DNA of 64,000 bases from Myxococcota bacterium (lineage in GTDB: Bacteria > Myxococcota_A > UBA796 > UBA2385), in NCBI GenBank assembly GCA_044344255.1, contig JBIJDH010000004.1, forward strand, positions 426,632 to 490,631. The letters run 5' to 3'. The notes beneath the pieces were generated by a model that saw nothing but the letters and a program-made list of their open reading frames with translations, was not told the origin of the DNA and did not search any database. Positions 1 to 8,608 of the stretch are shown in pieces (the first letter of the stretch is position 1; the number at the start of each line of letters is the position of its first letter). Both the position numbers and the translations under genes were made by a program.

Positions 1-516
1 CGCGCGGCTGTAGCTCGACTCTCCGCGGGGGACGCGCTCGATCACCCAGACCTGGGCGTCTTGGCGGAGCAAGCTGTGGCTGGCGTCGGCGTCGAGCTCG
101 AGGTCTTCAAAGCGGAAGTCGCTCCCGAGGAAGGCCCCGCCGCGCGCCGCGCCGGAGACCCGCGTGACCCGTCGCAGGGCCGGGAGGTAGAGCAGCCGCT
201 CGTCATCGGGGCCGGGGCGGTCGATCACGACGAGGGCCGTCCCGGCCACGTCGGCGGGGGCGGAGAAGCGCGCGAGCGTCAGGAGGGTGGAGCCGTCCCG
301 CCGGACCTTGAGCTCGAAGCTGCGCACCTTCTCGGCGCCGGCCCGATCGACCACCACCATCCTCATCTGCTGGATCGAGGCTCCGCCAGCCTGTTGGGCC
401 TGGCGGGCGGCGAGCACGATCTCACTCGCGGTGGCGGTGGCGGCGGTGGCAGGGGCGGCGGCCGAGGCCGGCGCGGCGATGCCGAGCAGGAGCGTGAGGA
501 TCGCGGCGCGCAGCAT
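1..516 (-). CDS. Outer-membrane lipoprotein-sorting protein (LolA-like/TP0789-type), 3' end runs off the window
   Basis: Not in the ORF track; read manually from ATG at 516 with no stop before base 1: MLRAAILTLLLGIAAPASA (signal peptide)...RFSAPADVAGTALVVIDRPGPDDERLLYLPALRRVTRV...AFLGSDFRFEDL. The F..P.DV.GT, YLPA..RV and F.GSDF..ED motifs typify this family. Confidence 0.8.
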   Translation of the reverse strand, partial: MLRAAILTLLLGIAAPASAAAPATAATATASEIVLAARQAQQAGGASIQQMRMVVVDRAGAEKVRSFELKVRRDGSTLLTLARFSAPADVAGTALVVIDRPGPDDERLLYLPALRRVTRVSGAARGGAFLGSDFRFEDLELDADASHSLLRQDAQVWVIERVPRGESSYSRA

Positions 517-519
517 GGT

Positions 520-1392
520 TCACCGTTGAACGAGGGTCTCCCCGAAGCTCTCACTCTCCCCCTTCTTCCGGATGATGAGCGTCGGGCCGAGCGACAGTCC
601 GGCCACGTTCTCTGCGGTTGAGCCGAGGATGAGGACGGCGAGCCGGCTGAGGCCGCGGGTGCCCGTCACGATCGGCCGCGTGCCGGCCATGTCGACCAGG
701 AGCTGCGCGGCGTCGGTGCCGCGGACGGCCAGCAGCCCGGGGCGGAGCGCGTCGCCGAGCAGGGGGAGCACGTCCTCTTCGAAGTGCTGCAGGGTGTGAC
801 CCGCGATCTGGAGCTGGAACTCCTCGTCGGACAGACCGCCGGAGGTCGCGGCGCTGAGGTCGAACTGGTAGACCGCGTCCACCTGATCGGCGACGCGGAC
901 CGCGTGCTGGAGCGCGTAGGAGGACTGGAAGGAGAAGTCGAAGCCCACCACTACGCGGGAGAGGTCGAGCCGGCTCCCCACCGGGATCACCATCGCGCTG
1001 CAGCTGATCCGTCGCAGGAAGTTGCGCCCCGACGGGCCCCACCCGGGCTTGCCATCACGGGCAGGGCTGCGGCCGATGAGGAGCAAGTCAATGTCTTCGC
1101 CCTGGATGATGAGGTTGAGCTCGTCCTCGGGGGTGCCGGAGGCGTGGATGCCCACCACATCCACCTCGGGCAGGCGCGCACGAATGGCGGCGATCGCCTC
1201 CTCCATCCGTGCGGCGAGGTCGGCCTCTTCGGTGGGGGCCTCTGGCCGGAGCTCGGGGAAAGGATCATGGGCGTAGATGTGGGCCGCGGTGACCTTGCGG
1301 ACGCCCAGGCGAGCGGCGCCGTCATACAGCGCGCTCAATACGGTTGCGTCACGATCGTCGAGGGCCAGCATCACAAGCGCGTTCTTAAACAC
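520..1392 (-). CDS. Universal stress protein (tandem Usp domains)
   Basis: Two Usp-like halves: VFKNALVMLAL...DIDLLLIGR, then RVVVGFDFS...IVTGTRGLSRLAVLILGSTAENV. GTG start at 1392 with AGGA upstream preferred over TTG at 1413. Confidence 0.85.
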   Translation of the reverse strand: MFKNALVMLALDDRDATVLSALYDGAARLGVRKVTAAHIYAHDPFPELRPEAPTEEADLAARMEEAIAAIRARLPEVDVVGIHASGTPEDELNLIIQGEDIDLLLIGRSPARDGKPGWGPSGRNFLRRISCSAMVIPVGSRLDLSRVVVGFDFSFQSSYALQHAVRVADQVDAVYQFDLSAATSGGLSDEEFQLQIAGHTLQHFEEDVLPLLGDALRPGLLAVRGTDAAQLLVDMAGTRPIVTGTRGLSRLAVLILGSTAENVAGLSLGPTLIIRKKGESESFGETLVQR

Positions 1393-1470
1393 GGTCCGAT
1401 CCTCGGTAGGCAAATGAAATGAGGGGGCGCTCAGCGGGCGCTGGGCGCCTTCGGGGTTGATCGGGGCGGA

Positions 1471-2511
1471 TCAGGTCTGGTCCGGACCCTCTCGACCCGA
1501 ACGAAGGTCCAATATGCGCGTTTGGCCCACATAGCCGATCGACCGGGGCCGCGTCGTCCGAGCGAGGGAGCGGACGATCTCGGCCATGCGCTCGAGCTGC
1601 TCGTAGCCCTTCTCCAGGCGACGGTGCACGTCGTCGGGGAGGTCGCTGCGGAGGCCGAGCAGCTCGAGGGTGCCCATCACGGCGGTGAGCGGCTGGTTGA
1701 GCTCGTGGGCGGCTGCGCCTGCCACCTCCATCGCCGCGGCGCGCTTCTCCGTGGCGATGAGCTGTTCGGTGGTCTCTTCGAGGCGGTGCTTGAGGGCGAT
1801 CTCGGGGCGTTGATCGTCGAAGACCCCGACCGTGGCGATCGGGATGCCGTCCGCGGCGTAGACCTCGGCGGTCGAGAGCACGACCGGGATCTGCTCGCCG
1901 GAGCGGGCCCGGAGCCGGATCTCGATGTGGTGAGCGAGGCCGCCAGGCGTGTTCCGAATCTCGGAGAGCACCCGGCGCGCGTCGGTCGGATCGGCGTAGA
2001 TGTCGGTGACGTGCATATGTTCGCGCGCCCAGGCTGACTCGTAGCCGAGCGCGACCTCGGCGGCGCGGTTGAAGACCAGCACGCGCCCGCGCATGTCGGC
2101 GGCCATCACCGGGTTGGGCGTGGCGTCGATCAGGCGACCGAGCAGGTCGCGTGTGGACTGGAGCTCGGAGAGGGTGCGGCGGGCCCGCTGCTCATGGGCG
2201 CTGAGCCGGCGCTGCCAGGCCCGGTGCAGGTTGAGGAGCGCCCCGGCGCGGATGCGCAGCAGGTCGAGATCGTCGTGCCCGATCCAGGCGTCAGAGGCCC
2301 CCGAGTCGAGGGCGCGCTGGACGTCGTCTCGCTCGGTGACGAGCGCGATCACGAGGACGTCGTTCTGGCCCGATTGTCGGAGGGAGCTGCGGGCCTCGAG
2401 GTCGTCCCAGGGGAGGAGCTGGAGGTCGGCCTCGGGGACGAGCTCAAAGCCGGCGGCCTCGAGGGCGTGGGTCAGCGCGGGTTGTGTTTGCCCGATGAGG
2501 TTCACCTGCAT
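1471..2511 (-). CDS. Signal-transduction protein: degenerate receiver-like N-terminus + PAS + HisKA (DHp), no HATPase domain
   Basis: PAS region LIDATPNPVMAADMRGRVLVFNRAAEVALGY; H-box AAHELNQPL; the protein ends about 75 aa after the H-box with no N/G1/F/G2 boxes. Confidence 0.8.
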   Translation of the reverse strand: MQVNLIGQTQPALTHALEAAGFELVPEADLQLLPWDDLEARSSLRQSGQNDVLVIALVTERDDVQRALDSGASDAWIGHDDLDLLRIRAGALLNLHRAWQRRLSAHEQRARRTLSELQSTRDLLGRLIDATPNPVMAADMRGRVLVFNRAAEVALGYESAWAREHMHVTDIYADPTDARRVLSEIRNTPGGLAHHIEIRLRARSGEQIPVVLSTAEVYAADGIPIATVGVFDDQRPEIALKHRLEETTEQLIATEKRAAAMEVAGAAAHELNQPLTAVMGTLELLGLRSDLPDDVHRRLEKGYEQLERMAEIVRSLARTTRPRSIGYVGQTRILDLRSGREGPDQT

Positions 2512-2644
2512 GACGTGCCCCTGTGCGTGGCCTTGGCGCTGCCCGCCTCATTCATCTCGGTCATCTATTGATCCCGGTCCTTGTCTCGCCTCGCGGAGTC
2601 TCGTCCCTTGGACCCCCTCCCATGTGCGGCCTCCATGACACCGG

Positions 2645-3988
2645 TCAGGGCTCCGAGCGGTCGGCGCGCTGGCCGCGGTACCAGGCGGCCTGGGCCTCGG
2701 CGTAGACACGGGGCTCCGGGAGGCCGGTCTCCCGCGCGAGGGCGGCGACGTCGGCGTGCTCGGGGGCGGCATGGACGATCTCTCCGTCCTGATGGCCCAC
2801 CTTGACCCGCACGGGGCCCCAGGGGGTCTCCACCCGCTCGAAGCGGCGGTCAAGCACACGTCGGCTGGCGGGGTGGCTGCGGAGCCCGAAGCTGCTGCCG
2901 TGGCGCAGCATCGCCCGCTCGACCGCCCGGGCGGCGTGAGGCTCGGCGAGGGCCACCACGAGCTGGCCGGGTCGGCCCTTCTTCATCAGCACCGGGATGG
3001 CGATGGCGTCGAGCGCCCCCGCCGCGAGGAGGGCCTCGAGGAGGGCGGGCAGGTGCTCGCCGCTGAGGTCGTCCATCTGGGCCTCGAGCACCTCGACGGA
3101 GAGGGCCGAGCTCGGCGGCCGCTCCTCGCCGAGGATGGCCCGAAGCACGTTGGCCATGTCCGGGGGGTCCTTGGTGCCGGCGCCGTAGCCCACGCCCCGC
3201 ACGGTCATCGCGGGCATCGGCCCGGGCTCGGCGAGGGCGGCGATCAGGGTGGCGCCCGTGGGGGTGACCTGCTCCATCCCCGCCTTGCCCGGCCGCACCG
3301 GCCAGCCGAGCAGGACCTCCACGGTCGCCGGGGCCGGGATCGGGATGAGGCCGTGCGCGGTTCGGATGACGCCGGAGCCCATCGGCAGCGAGCTGGCGAC
3401 GATCCGATCGACCTCGAGCAGCTCGAGCGCGATGACGGCGGCCAGGATGTCGACGATGGAGTCGACCGCGCCCACCTCGTGAAAGGTGACCGCCTCAGCC
3501 GGCATGCCGTGCACCCGGCCCTCGGCCTCGGCCAGGAGCCCGAAGGCGGCGATGGCCCGCTCCTTCACCCGAGGCGCCAGCGCCGACTCGCCGATCAGCG
3601 CTCGGATCTGACGCCAGGTCCGCGGGGGCTGCCCGACGAAGCCCCCAGTGGGGTCGAGGGGCGCTTCACCGTCATCGTGCCCGTGCCCGTGCCCATGGTC
3701 GTGCCCGTGCCCGTGCCCGTGCCCGTGCCCATGGTCGTGCCCGTGCTCGGCTTCGTCGGCGGTGGGCGCCTCGGAGAGCGAGCGCCCGTCGGGCTCCACG
3801 ACGAAGCGGGTGGCGGCGAACGCGCCCCGGGAGACCGCCTCGCGGCGAACGCGGTACCCCCGCACACGGACCTTGGCGAGCTCGGCGCGCACGAGGTCCA
3901 GGTCGGCGCCGAGGTGGAGCAGCGCGGCGACGAACATGTCACCGGCGACTCCAGCGAAGACGTCGAGGTAGAGGACCTTTCCGCTCAA
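2645..3988 (-). CDS. larC: Nickel pincer cofactor biosynthesis protein LarC (nickel insertase)
   Basis: YLDVFAGVAGDMF, FHEVGAVDSIVDI, TPTGA, GYGAG, LEAQMDD, MKKGRPG motifs and a His-rich insert. The TTG start at 3988 overlaps the larB stop (TTGA). Confidence 0.93.
   Translation of the reverse strand: MSGKVLYLDVFAGVAGDMFVAALLHLGADLDLVRAELAKVRVRGYRVRREAVSRGAFAATRFVVEPDGRSLSEAPTADEAEHGHDHGHGHGHGHGHDHGHGHGHDDGEAPLDPTGGFVGQPPRTWRQIRALIGESALAPRVKERAIAAFGLLAEAEGRVHGMPAEAVTFHEVGAVDSIVDILAAVIALELLEVDRIVASSLPMGSGVIRTAHGLIPIPAPATVEVLLGWPVRPGKAGMEQVTPTGATLIAALAEPGPMPAMTVRGVGYGAGTKDPPDMANVLRAILGEERPPSSALSVEVLEAQMDDLSGEHLPALLEALLAAGALDAIAIPVLMKKGRPGQLVVALAEPHAARAVERAMLRHGSSFGLRSHPASRRVLDRRFERVETPWGPVRVKVGHQDGEIVHAAPEHADVAALARETGLPEPRVYAEAQAAWYRGQRADRSEP
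3675..3746 (-). repeat. 6-bp GTGCCC tandem repeat encoding the His-Gly tract of LarC
   Basis: (gtgccc)n interrupted by atggtc; encodes HGHDHGHGHGHGHGHDHGHGHGHDD. Confidence 0.9.
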
Positions 3989-4752
3989 GGTGCACCTCCG
4001 CGGGCGGCGAGGCGGTTGATCAGGCTCGCCTGCATCGCGGCCCCGAAGCCGTTGTCGATGTTGACCACGCTGATGCCAGGGGCGCAGCCGTTGAGCATGG
4101 CCAGGAGGGCCGCGAGGCCCCCGAAGCTGGCTCCGTAGCCGACAGAGGTGGGCACAGCGAGGACGGGCCGGTCGACCAGGCCGGCGACCACGCTCGGCAA
4201 GGCACCTTCCATCCCGGCGACCACGATCAGCACGTTGGCGTCCCGAAGCTCGGGGAGTCGGGAGAGGAGGCGGTGGAGGCCGGCCACGCCGACGTCCCGC
4301 ACCCGATCGACGCGGTTGCCGAAGGTCTCGGCGGTGACGGCGGCCTCCTCGGCCACGGGCCCGTCGGTCGTCCCGGCGGAGACGACGGCGATCCGCCCGA
4401 TGAGCGGCTCTGCGGGGCGAGCGCGCCAGCGGAGGGCCCTCGCGTCGGGGAGCCACTCCACGAGCGGGAGGGCGGCCTGCACGGCGGCCGCGACCTCGGC
4501 CGGGACCCGGGTGGCGAGGGCGTCGACCCCGGCGGTGTGCAGGGCCAACAGGAAGGCCGTGATCTGCTCCGCGGACTTGCCTTGTCCGAAGATCACCTCC
4601 GGGTGCCCGGTCCGATCTTGTCGGCCGAGGTCGAGGTGGGCGTCGGCGAGGCGCAGCCCACCCCAGCGGGTGATCTGGTTCGCCGCGGCGGCGGCGGGGG
4701 TCTCCCCTTGGGCCACGGCCTGGAGCAGCCGGTCGAGCGCTTCTCTGTTCAT
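3985..4752 (-). CDS. larB: Nickel pincer cofactor biosynthesis protein LarB (PurE/AIR carboxylase-like)
   Basis: R..RTGHPEVIFGQGK, AGTTD.PVAEEA, DVGVAGLHRL, VAGMEGALPSVV, AVPTSVGYGA, VVNIDNGFGAA. ATG at 4752 preceded by GGAGG; an alternative start at 4779 is possible. Confidence 0.95.
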   Translation of the reverse strand: MNREALDRLLQAVAQGETPAAAAANQITRWGGLRLADAHLDLGRQDRTGHPEVIFGQGKSAEQITAFLLALHTAGVDALATRVPAEVAAAVQAALPLVEWLPDARALRWRARPAEPLIGRIAVVSAGTTDGPVAEEAAVTAETFGNRVDRVRDVGVAGLHRLLSRLPELRDANVLIVVAGMEGALPSVVAGLVDRPVLAVPTSVGYGASFGGLAALLAMLNGCAPGISVVNIDNGFGAAMQASLINRLAARGGAP

Positions 4753-4891
4753 GTCGCGGGCGACGCCTCCTTCCCTCACCCCAGCCAGGCGGGATCTACG
4801 CGGCTGGTCGGGGCCTCCGCCTTACCCCGTCCGGTTGGCCCCGTCCGGGCGATGCGTGGCGCGCCGACACGAAAGCGGGCAGATTGGCATC

Positions 4892-7468
4892 ATGTCCGCC
4901 CTCCTCCTGCTCGTGCTGGGCTTTGGCCCTTGGGGCGCCCGCTCAAGCGTCGCGCTCGCGGGTGAGCGGGCGCTCTACGACCGGGCGGTGAGCACGGTCT
5001 CGGATCATTACCTCGACGTCGAGAAGCTGGACGCCGACGAGGCCCTCGCCCTCGCTGCCGAGCAGGCCGAGGCCAAGGTCCCCTGGCTCATCGCCGCGAC
5101 ACAGGGCGACGCCGTGCTCCTCCGCCACGGTCAGCGGGGCCCCGTCGGGGAGGTGCGGCTCAGCCCCGACGCGCGCCGCCCGGGCACCCTCGGAGACCTG
5201 CCGGGCGCCCTCGAGCGCCTCGAAGACCTCATCCGCGGCGCCGGCGCGCCCATCCCCGCCGAGATCGATCTGCCGGTCGAGCTGCTGATCGGCATGGCGC
5301 GGGCCCTTGATCGACACTCCCAGGTGTTGGCCCGAGATCGCCTCGAGCGCTTCGACGAGCGGATCTCCGGGAAGCTGCTCGGGGTCGGGGCCAAGATCGG
5401 CCTCGACAGTGGGGAGCTCGTCATCAAGGAGGTCTTCGAGGACAGCCCGGGCTCGGTGGCTGGGCTGAAGGCGGGAGATCGCCTCACGCGCATCGACGGT
5501 GTCTCGACGGTGGGCATGGACGTAGACAGCGCCGTACATCGCATCCGGGGGGAGGCCGGCACGGAGCTCACCCTCACGATCCGCCGCGCGTCCGGCGAGG
5601 GCGGCACCGAGGAGATCGAGCTCACGATGCAGCGGGCGGAGGTGGTGGTGCCAAACCTGACTTGGCGGCTGCTCCCGAGCGGCGTCGGACTGATCACGGT
5701 CGACCACTTTAGCCAGCAGACCTCGAACCTGATGCGCCGAGCCCTGAACGAGCTCAGCCAGGGCCCCGCGCCGCTCAGGGGCATCATCATCGATCTGCGG
5801 GAAGACGAAGGCGGGACGATGGTGCAGGCCTGCAAGGCGGCCGATCTCTTCGTCGAGTCGGGCGTCGTCCTCCGCACCGAGGGCCGCGGCGGGGGCCGAG
5901 TGGAGGGCCTCGTCCGGGAGTACCGCGCCCACCCGGAGAACATCGAGCCGCCGGTCCCGGTCGCCGTGCTGCAGAACCGGAACTCGGCCTCCGCCTCGGA
6001 GATCCTCGCAGGCGCCCTCGCGCTGCTCGATCGGGCCGTGCTCATCGGTGATCGTTCACACGGGAAGGGCACCGTTCAAATGTTGTACTCGCTCCGGTCG
6101 GGCGAGGCCGCCGACCGGGCGCGCTTCAAGCTGACCGTCGCCCGGTACCTCCTCCCTGGGGACGTGCCGATCGAGGCCGGCGTGGGCCTGGCCCCCGATC
6201 TTTGGGTGCAGAGCGCCATCTTCACGCAAGGCGGCGCCTGGCTGCCGCTCCCTCCCTCCGGGCGCACCCAGGCGATCCTCTCCGTGGACGAGCGGGCCGG
6301 TTGGCGAGACAGCTCCGCCCAGCGGAACAGCGCCGACGTCACCCTGCAGGTCGCCGAGCGGGTGGTGCTCGACACGAGCGGCACGCACCGCGTGGACGGC
6401 CTCGCCGCGATCGAGCGGGTGCTCCCGACGCTCGCCGCCGAGCAGGACCGTCGACTCGTCGAGACCTTCAAGCTGCGCGGCATCGATTGGCAGGCCGCCG
6501 ACGAGGCCGTACGCAGCCCGGCGGTCGACGTCGAGGTCACGGTGGTCGATCCCCCGATCGCAGGCGGCCGGGTCGAGGTGCGCGCCGTCGTGACCAACCG
6601 CGGGGAGGCGCCGCTCCATCGGGTGGCGGTGCACCTCAACGCCGGCGATCCGGATCTCCCCTGGAGCGACGTGGTGCTCCCGGTGGGCTTCCTCCCTCCG
6701 GGGGAGCAGGGGCTGGGGAGCGCGATGGTCTCGATCGACGCCGACCTCCCGGACCGCGAGGACCTCGTGGGCCTCACCTTGCTCGCCGACCGGGCCCCGC
6801 CGGTCTCGCTCGACCCCGTGCTCCTCGAGATCGACGCCCACCCGCCGCCGCCCGTGGCCTTCAGCGCTCGCCTCATCCCGGAGGGCGATCACCACCGGGT
6901 CGAGCTCATCCTCGAGAACCTGGGCGGGCAGCCGCTCACCGGCCTCCACGCCCGCCTCTCCTTGGACGACGACAGCCGCATTGAGCTCGTCACCCCGGAG
7001 GCGCGGGCCTCGAGCCTCCCGGCCCGCGGCACCGTCAACACCAGCCTCGCCGTGCGGCTCCCCGCCCTCTCGCGGGGGCCCAGCGCGCTGATGGAGCTGC
7101 GTGTCTACGCCGACGGTTACGGGAGGATCCTCCGGTCCACGATGGCCGTCCCGACGGACGGAGCTTCGCTCCGCGTCCAGCCGCCCACCATTGAGGGCAC
7201 GGTCCCCCGCTCGTCGGTGCCAGGCACCGTCCAGGTCTCCTTCCGCGCCACGGACGAGAGCCGGGTGCGCTCGATGACCGTGTGGATGGACCACGACAAG
7301 CTCGCCTGGCGCGAAGGGGTCGGCCGAAAGCTCTCGATCGACCTCCCCGTTCAAGTGGGGGAGGGGACGCGGGTCATCCTGGTCGAGGCGCGGGATGATA
7401 AGGACAACCTAAGCCGGCGGGTCTTCGCCATCCGCGGGCAGGTCGAGGGCGGGACCGCCACCCCCTGA
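4892..7468 (+). CDS. Long S41A carboxy-terminal processing protease (PDZ + S41 + C-terminal Ig-like domains; deltaproteobacterial long form)
   Basis: Signal peptide MSALLLLVLG; LDRHS; PDZ GVGAKI...AGLKAGD; IIDLR; catalytic SASASEI and GKGTVQ; Ig-like C-terminal segments. Start placed at ATG 4892 because the 4148 extension overlaps larB antisense. Confidence 0.88.
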   Translation: MSALLLLVLGFGPWGARSSVALAGERALYDRAVSTVSDHYLDVEKLDADEALALAAEQAEAKVPWLIAATQGDAVLLRHGQRGPVGEVRLSPDARRPGTLGDLPGALERLEDLIRGAGAPIPAEIDLPVELLIGMARALDRHSQVLARDRLERFDERISGKLLGVGAKIGLDSGELVIKEVFEDSPGSVAGLKAGDRLTRIDGVSTVGMDVDSAVHRIRGEAGTELTLTIRRASGEGGTEEIELTMQRAEVVVPNLTWRLLPSGVGLITVDHFSQQTSNLMRRALNELSQGPAPLRGIIIDLREDEGGTMVQACKAADLFVESGVVLRTEGRGGGRVEGLVREYRAHPENIEPPVPVAVLQNRNSASASEILAGALALLDRAVLIGDRSHGKGTVQMLYSLRSGEAADRARFKLTVARYLLPGDVPIEAGVGLAPDLWVQSAIFTQGGAWLPLPPSGRTQAILSVDERAGWRDSSAQRNSADVTLQVAERVVLDTSGTHRVDGLAAIERVLPTLAAEQDRRLVETFKLRGIDWQAADEAVRSPAVDVEVTVVDPPIAGGRVEVRAVVTNRGEAPLHRVAVHLNAGDPDLPWSDVVLPVGFLPPGEQGLGSAMVSIDADLPDREDLVGLTLLADRAPPVSLDPVLLEIDAHPPPPVAFSARLIPEGDHHRVELILENLGGQPLTGLHARLSLDDDSRIELVTPEARASSLPARGTVNTSLAVRLPALSRGPSALMELRVYADGYGRILRSTMAVPTDGASLRVQPPTIEGTVPRSSVPGTVQVSFRATDESRVRSMTVWMDHDKLAWREGVGRKLSIDLPVQVGEGTRVILVEARDDKDNLSRRVFAIRGQVEGGTATP

Positions 7469-8599
7469 GCGGCGGGTCTGGACGGGGACGAAGCCCTCGT
7501 CCATCCGGAAGCCGAGCCAGCCCTCGTCGAGCCGCGCCTTGATCAGCCAGCCATCGACGACGCGGCCGATCGGGGCGGGCGGCTCGAGGGGCAGCCGCGC
7601 TCGGATGAGCTCGACTCGACCGTCCACGAGTGCGGCGCCGAAGATCTCACTGTGATCAGCGTGGAGCTCGATGCGCGCCCCGCGCTCGAGGGGAGAATAG
7701 GAGGTGTCACCCATGAAGACGGTGAAGCCTTCGTCTACGACCATGGATGGACAGTCTCCGGTCGGGGTGTGCCCGACCACGAGGCGGCGGATCCCCTCCG
7801 CTTGGAGGTGGGCGCGCAGCCGGGCCGGCAGGGCGATCGGCTCTCCTCGCCGGTTCACCGGCCTCGTGTAGACGACGCTGCGGTTGTTGGCGCGGGTCCC
7901 CGGCAAGGGGGCCTGGTACTGGATGAGGGCGTGGTGTCGCGCCTCGGTGGGCGCGGCCCGGTAGGCCGCCAGCTCGGCGACGAGGAAGGCGTTGAGCGCC
8001 GCCAACCAGCTGTCCACGGTGGGCAGCCGCTCCCGACCGGGCACCACCCCGAGGTTCTCCTCCGTCACCCCACCGTGGAGGAAGAGCACGTCCCGCCAAC
8101 GCCAGCCGAGGCGCGCGGCCGAGAGGTAGGCGAAGAGTGAACCGTCCGGCGGGGCCACCTCGGCGAGGAAGGAGGCCACCACCGCGTCGTCGTCCGCCCC
8201 GCCGAGCTCGGCGGCGCGATGGGCGAAGGCGTCTGGCGCCCCCATTGTTCGGGTGAGGATGTGCTGGAGCCGGAGGGGCAGGGGATCGGGCGCGCCGGTC
8301 GGCGGGTGAGCGCCGAGCTCGCGGGGGAGGCGGAGCTTGTTGATGTCACGGTTGCCGGCGAGCAGCACCACTTGACCGGGGGCCGCTCGGTGGGCCTCGA
8401 CCAGCGCGCGCACGAGCCGCAGCCCCGCGGGCCCGCGATCGACGGTGTCGCCCCCATAGACGAAGAGGGCGTCAGGGTGCAGCCAGAGCCGGCTCCCCTC
8501 CAGCCTCACCCAGGCGCAGCCTTCAAGGGCCTCCCCGAGCTTCTCCCAGCGCCCCTCGAGGTCCGTCACATAGACGACAGGGCCGGCTGGGGTGGCCAT
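7409..8599 (-). CDS. Calcineurin-like metallophosphoesterase with atypical motifs
   Basis: TDLEG, GGDTVDRG, GNRDINK, FLHGG and VVGHTP occur in the order of metallophosphoesterase motifs I-V. Confidence 0.75.
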   Translation of the reverse strand: MATPAGPVVYVTDLEGRWEKLGEALEGCAWVRLEGSRLWLHPDALFVYGGDTVDRGPAGLRLVRALVEAHRAAPGQVVLLAGNRDINKLRLPRELGAHPPTGAPDPLPLRLQHILTRTMGAPDAFAHRAAELGGADDDAVVASFLAEVAPPDGSLFAYLSAARLGWRWRDVLFLHGGVTEENLGVVPGRERLPTVDSWLAALNAFLVAELAAYRAAPTEARHHALIQYQAPLPGTRANNRSVVYTRPVNRRGEPIALPARLRAHLQAEGIRRLVVGHTPTGDCPSMVVDEGFTVFMGDTSYSPLERGARIELHADHSEIFGAALVDGRVELIRARLPLEPPAPIGRVVDGWLIKARLDEGWLGFRMDEGFVPVQTRRSGGGGPALDLPADGEDPPA

Positions 8600-8608
8600 C
8601 GCGCCCGC

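Noticed and set aside
2645..4456. 603-aa ORF suggesting a long N-terminal extension or fusion on LarC
   Set aside because: The extension is an out-of-frame reading of larB (Arg/Pro-rich junk). LarC homology starts at the TTG at 3988, which overlaps the larB stop.
4148..4891. N-terminal 248 aa of the 1106-aa ORF
   Set aside because: Antisense to larB; the signal peptide and S41 homology begin at ATG 4892.
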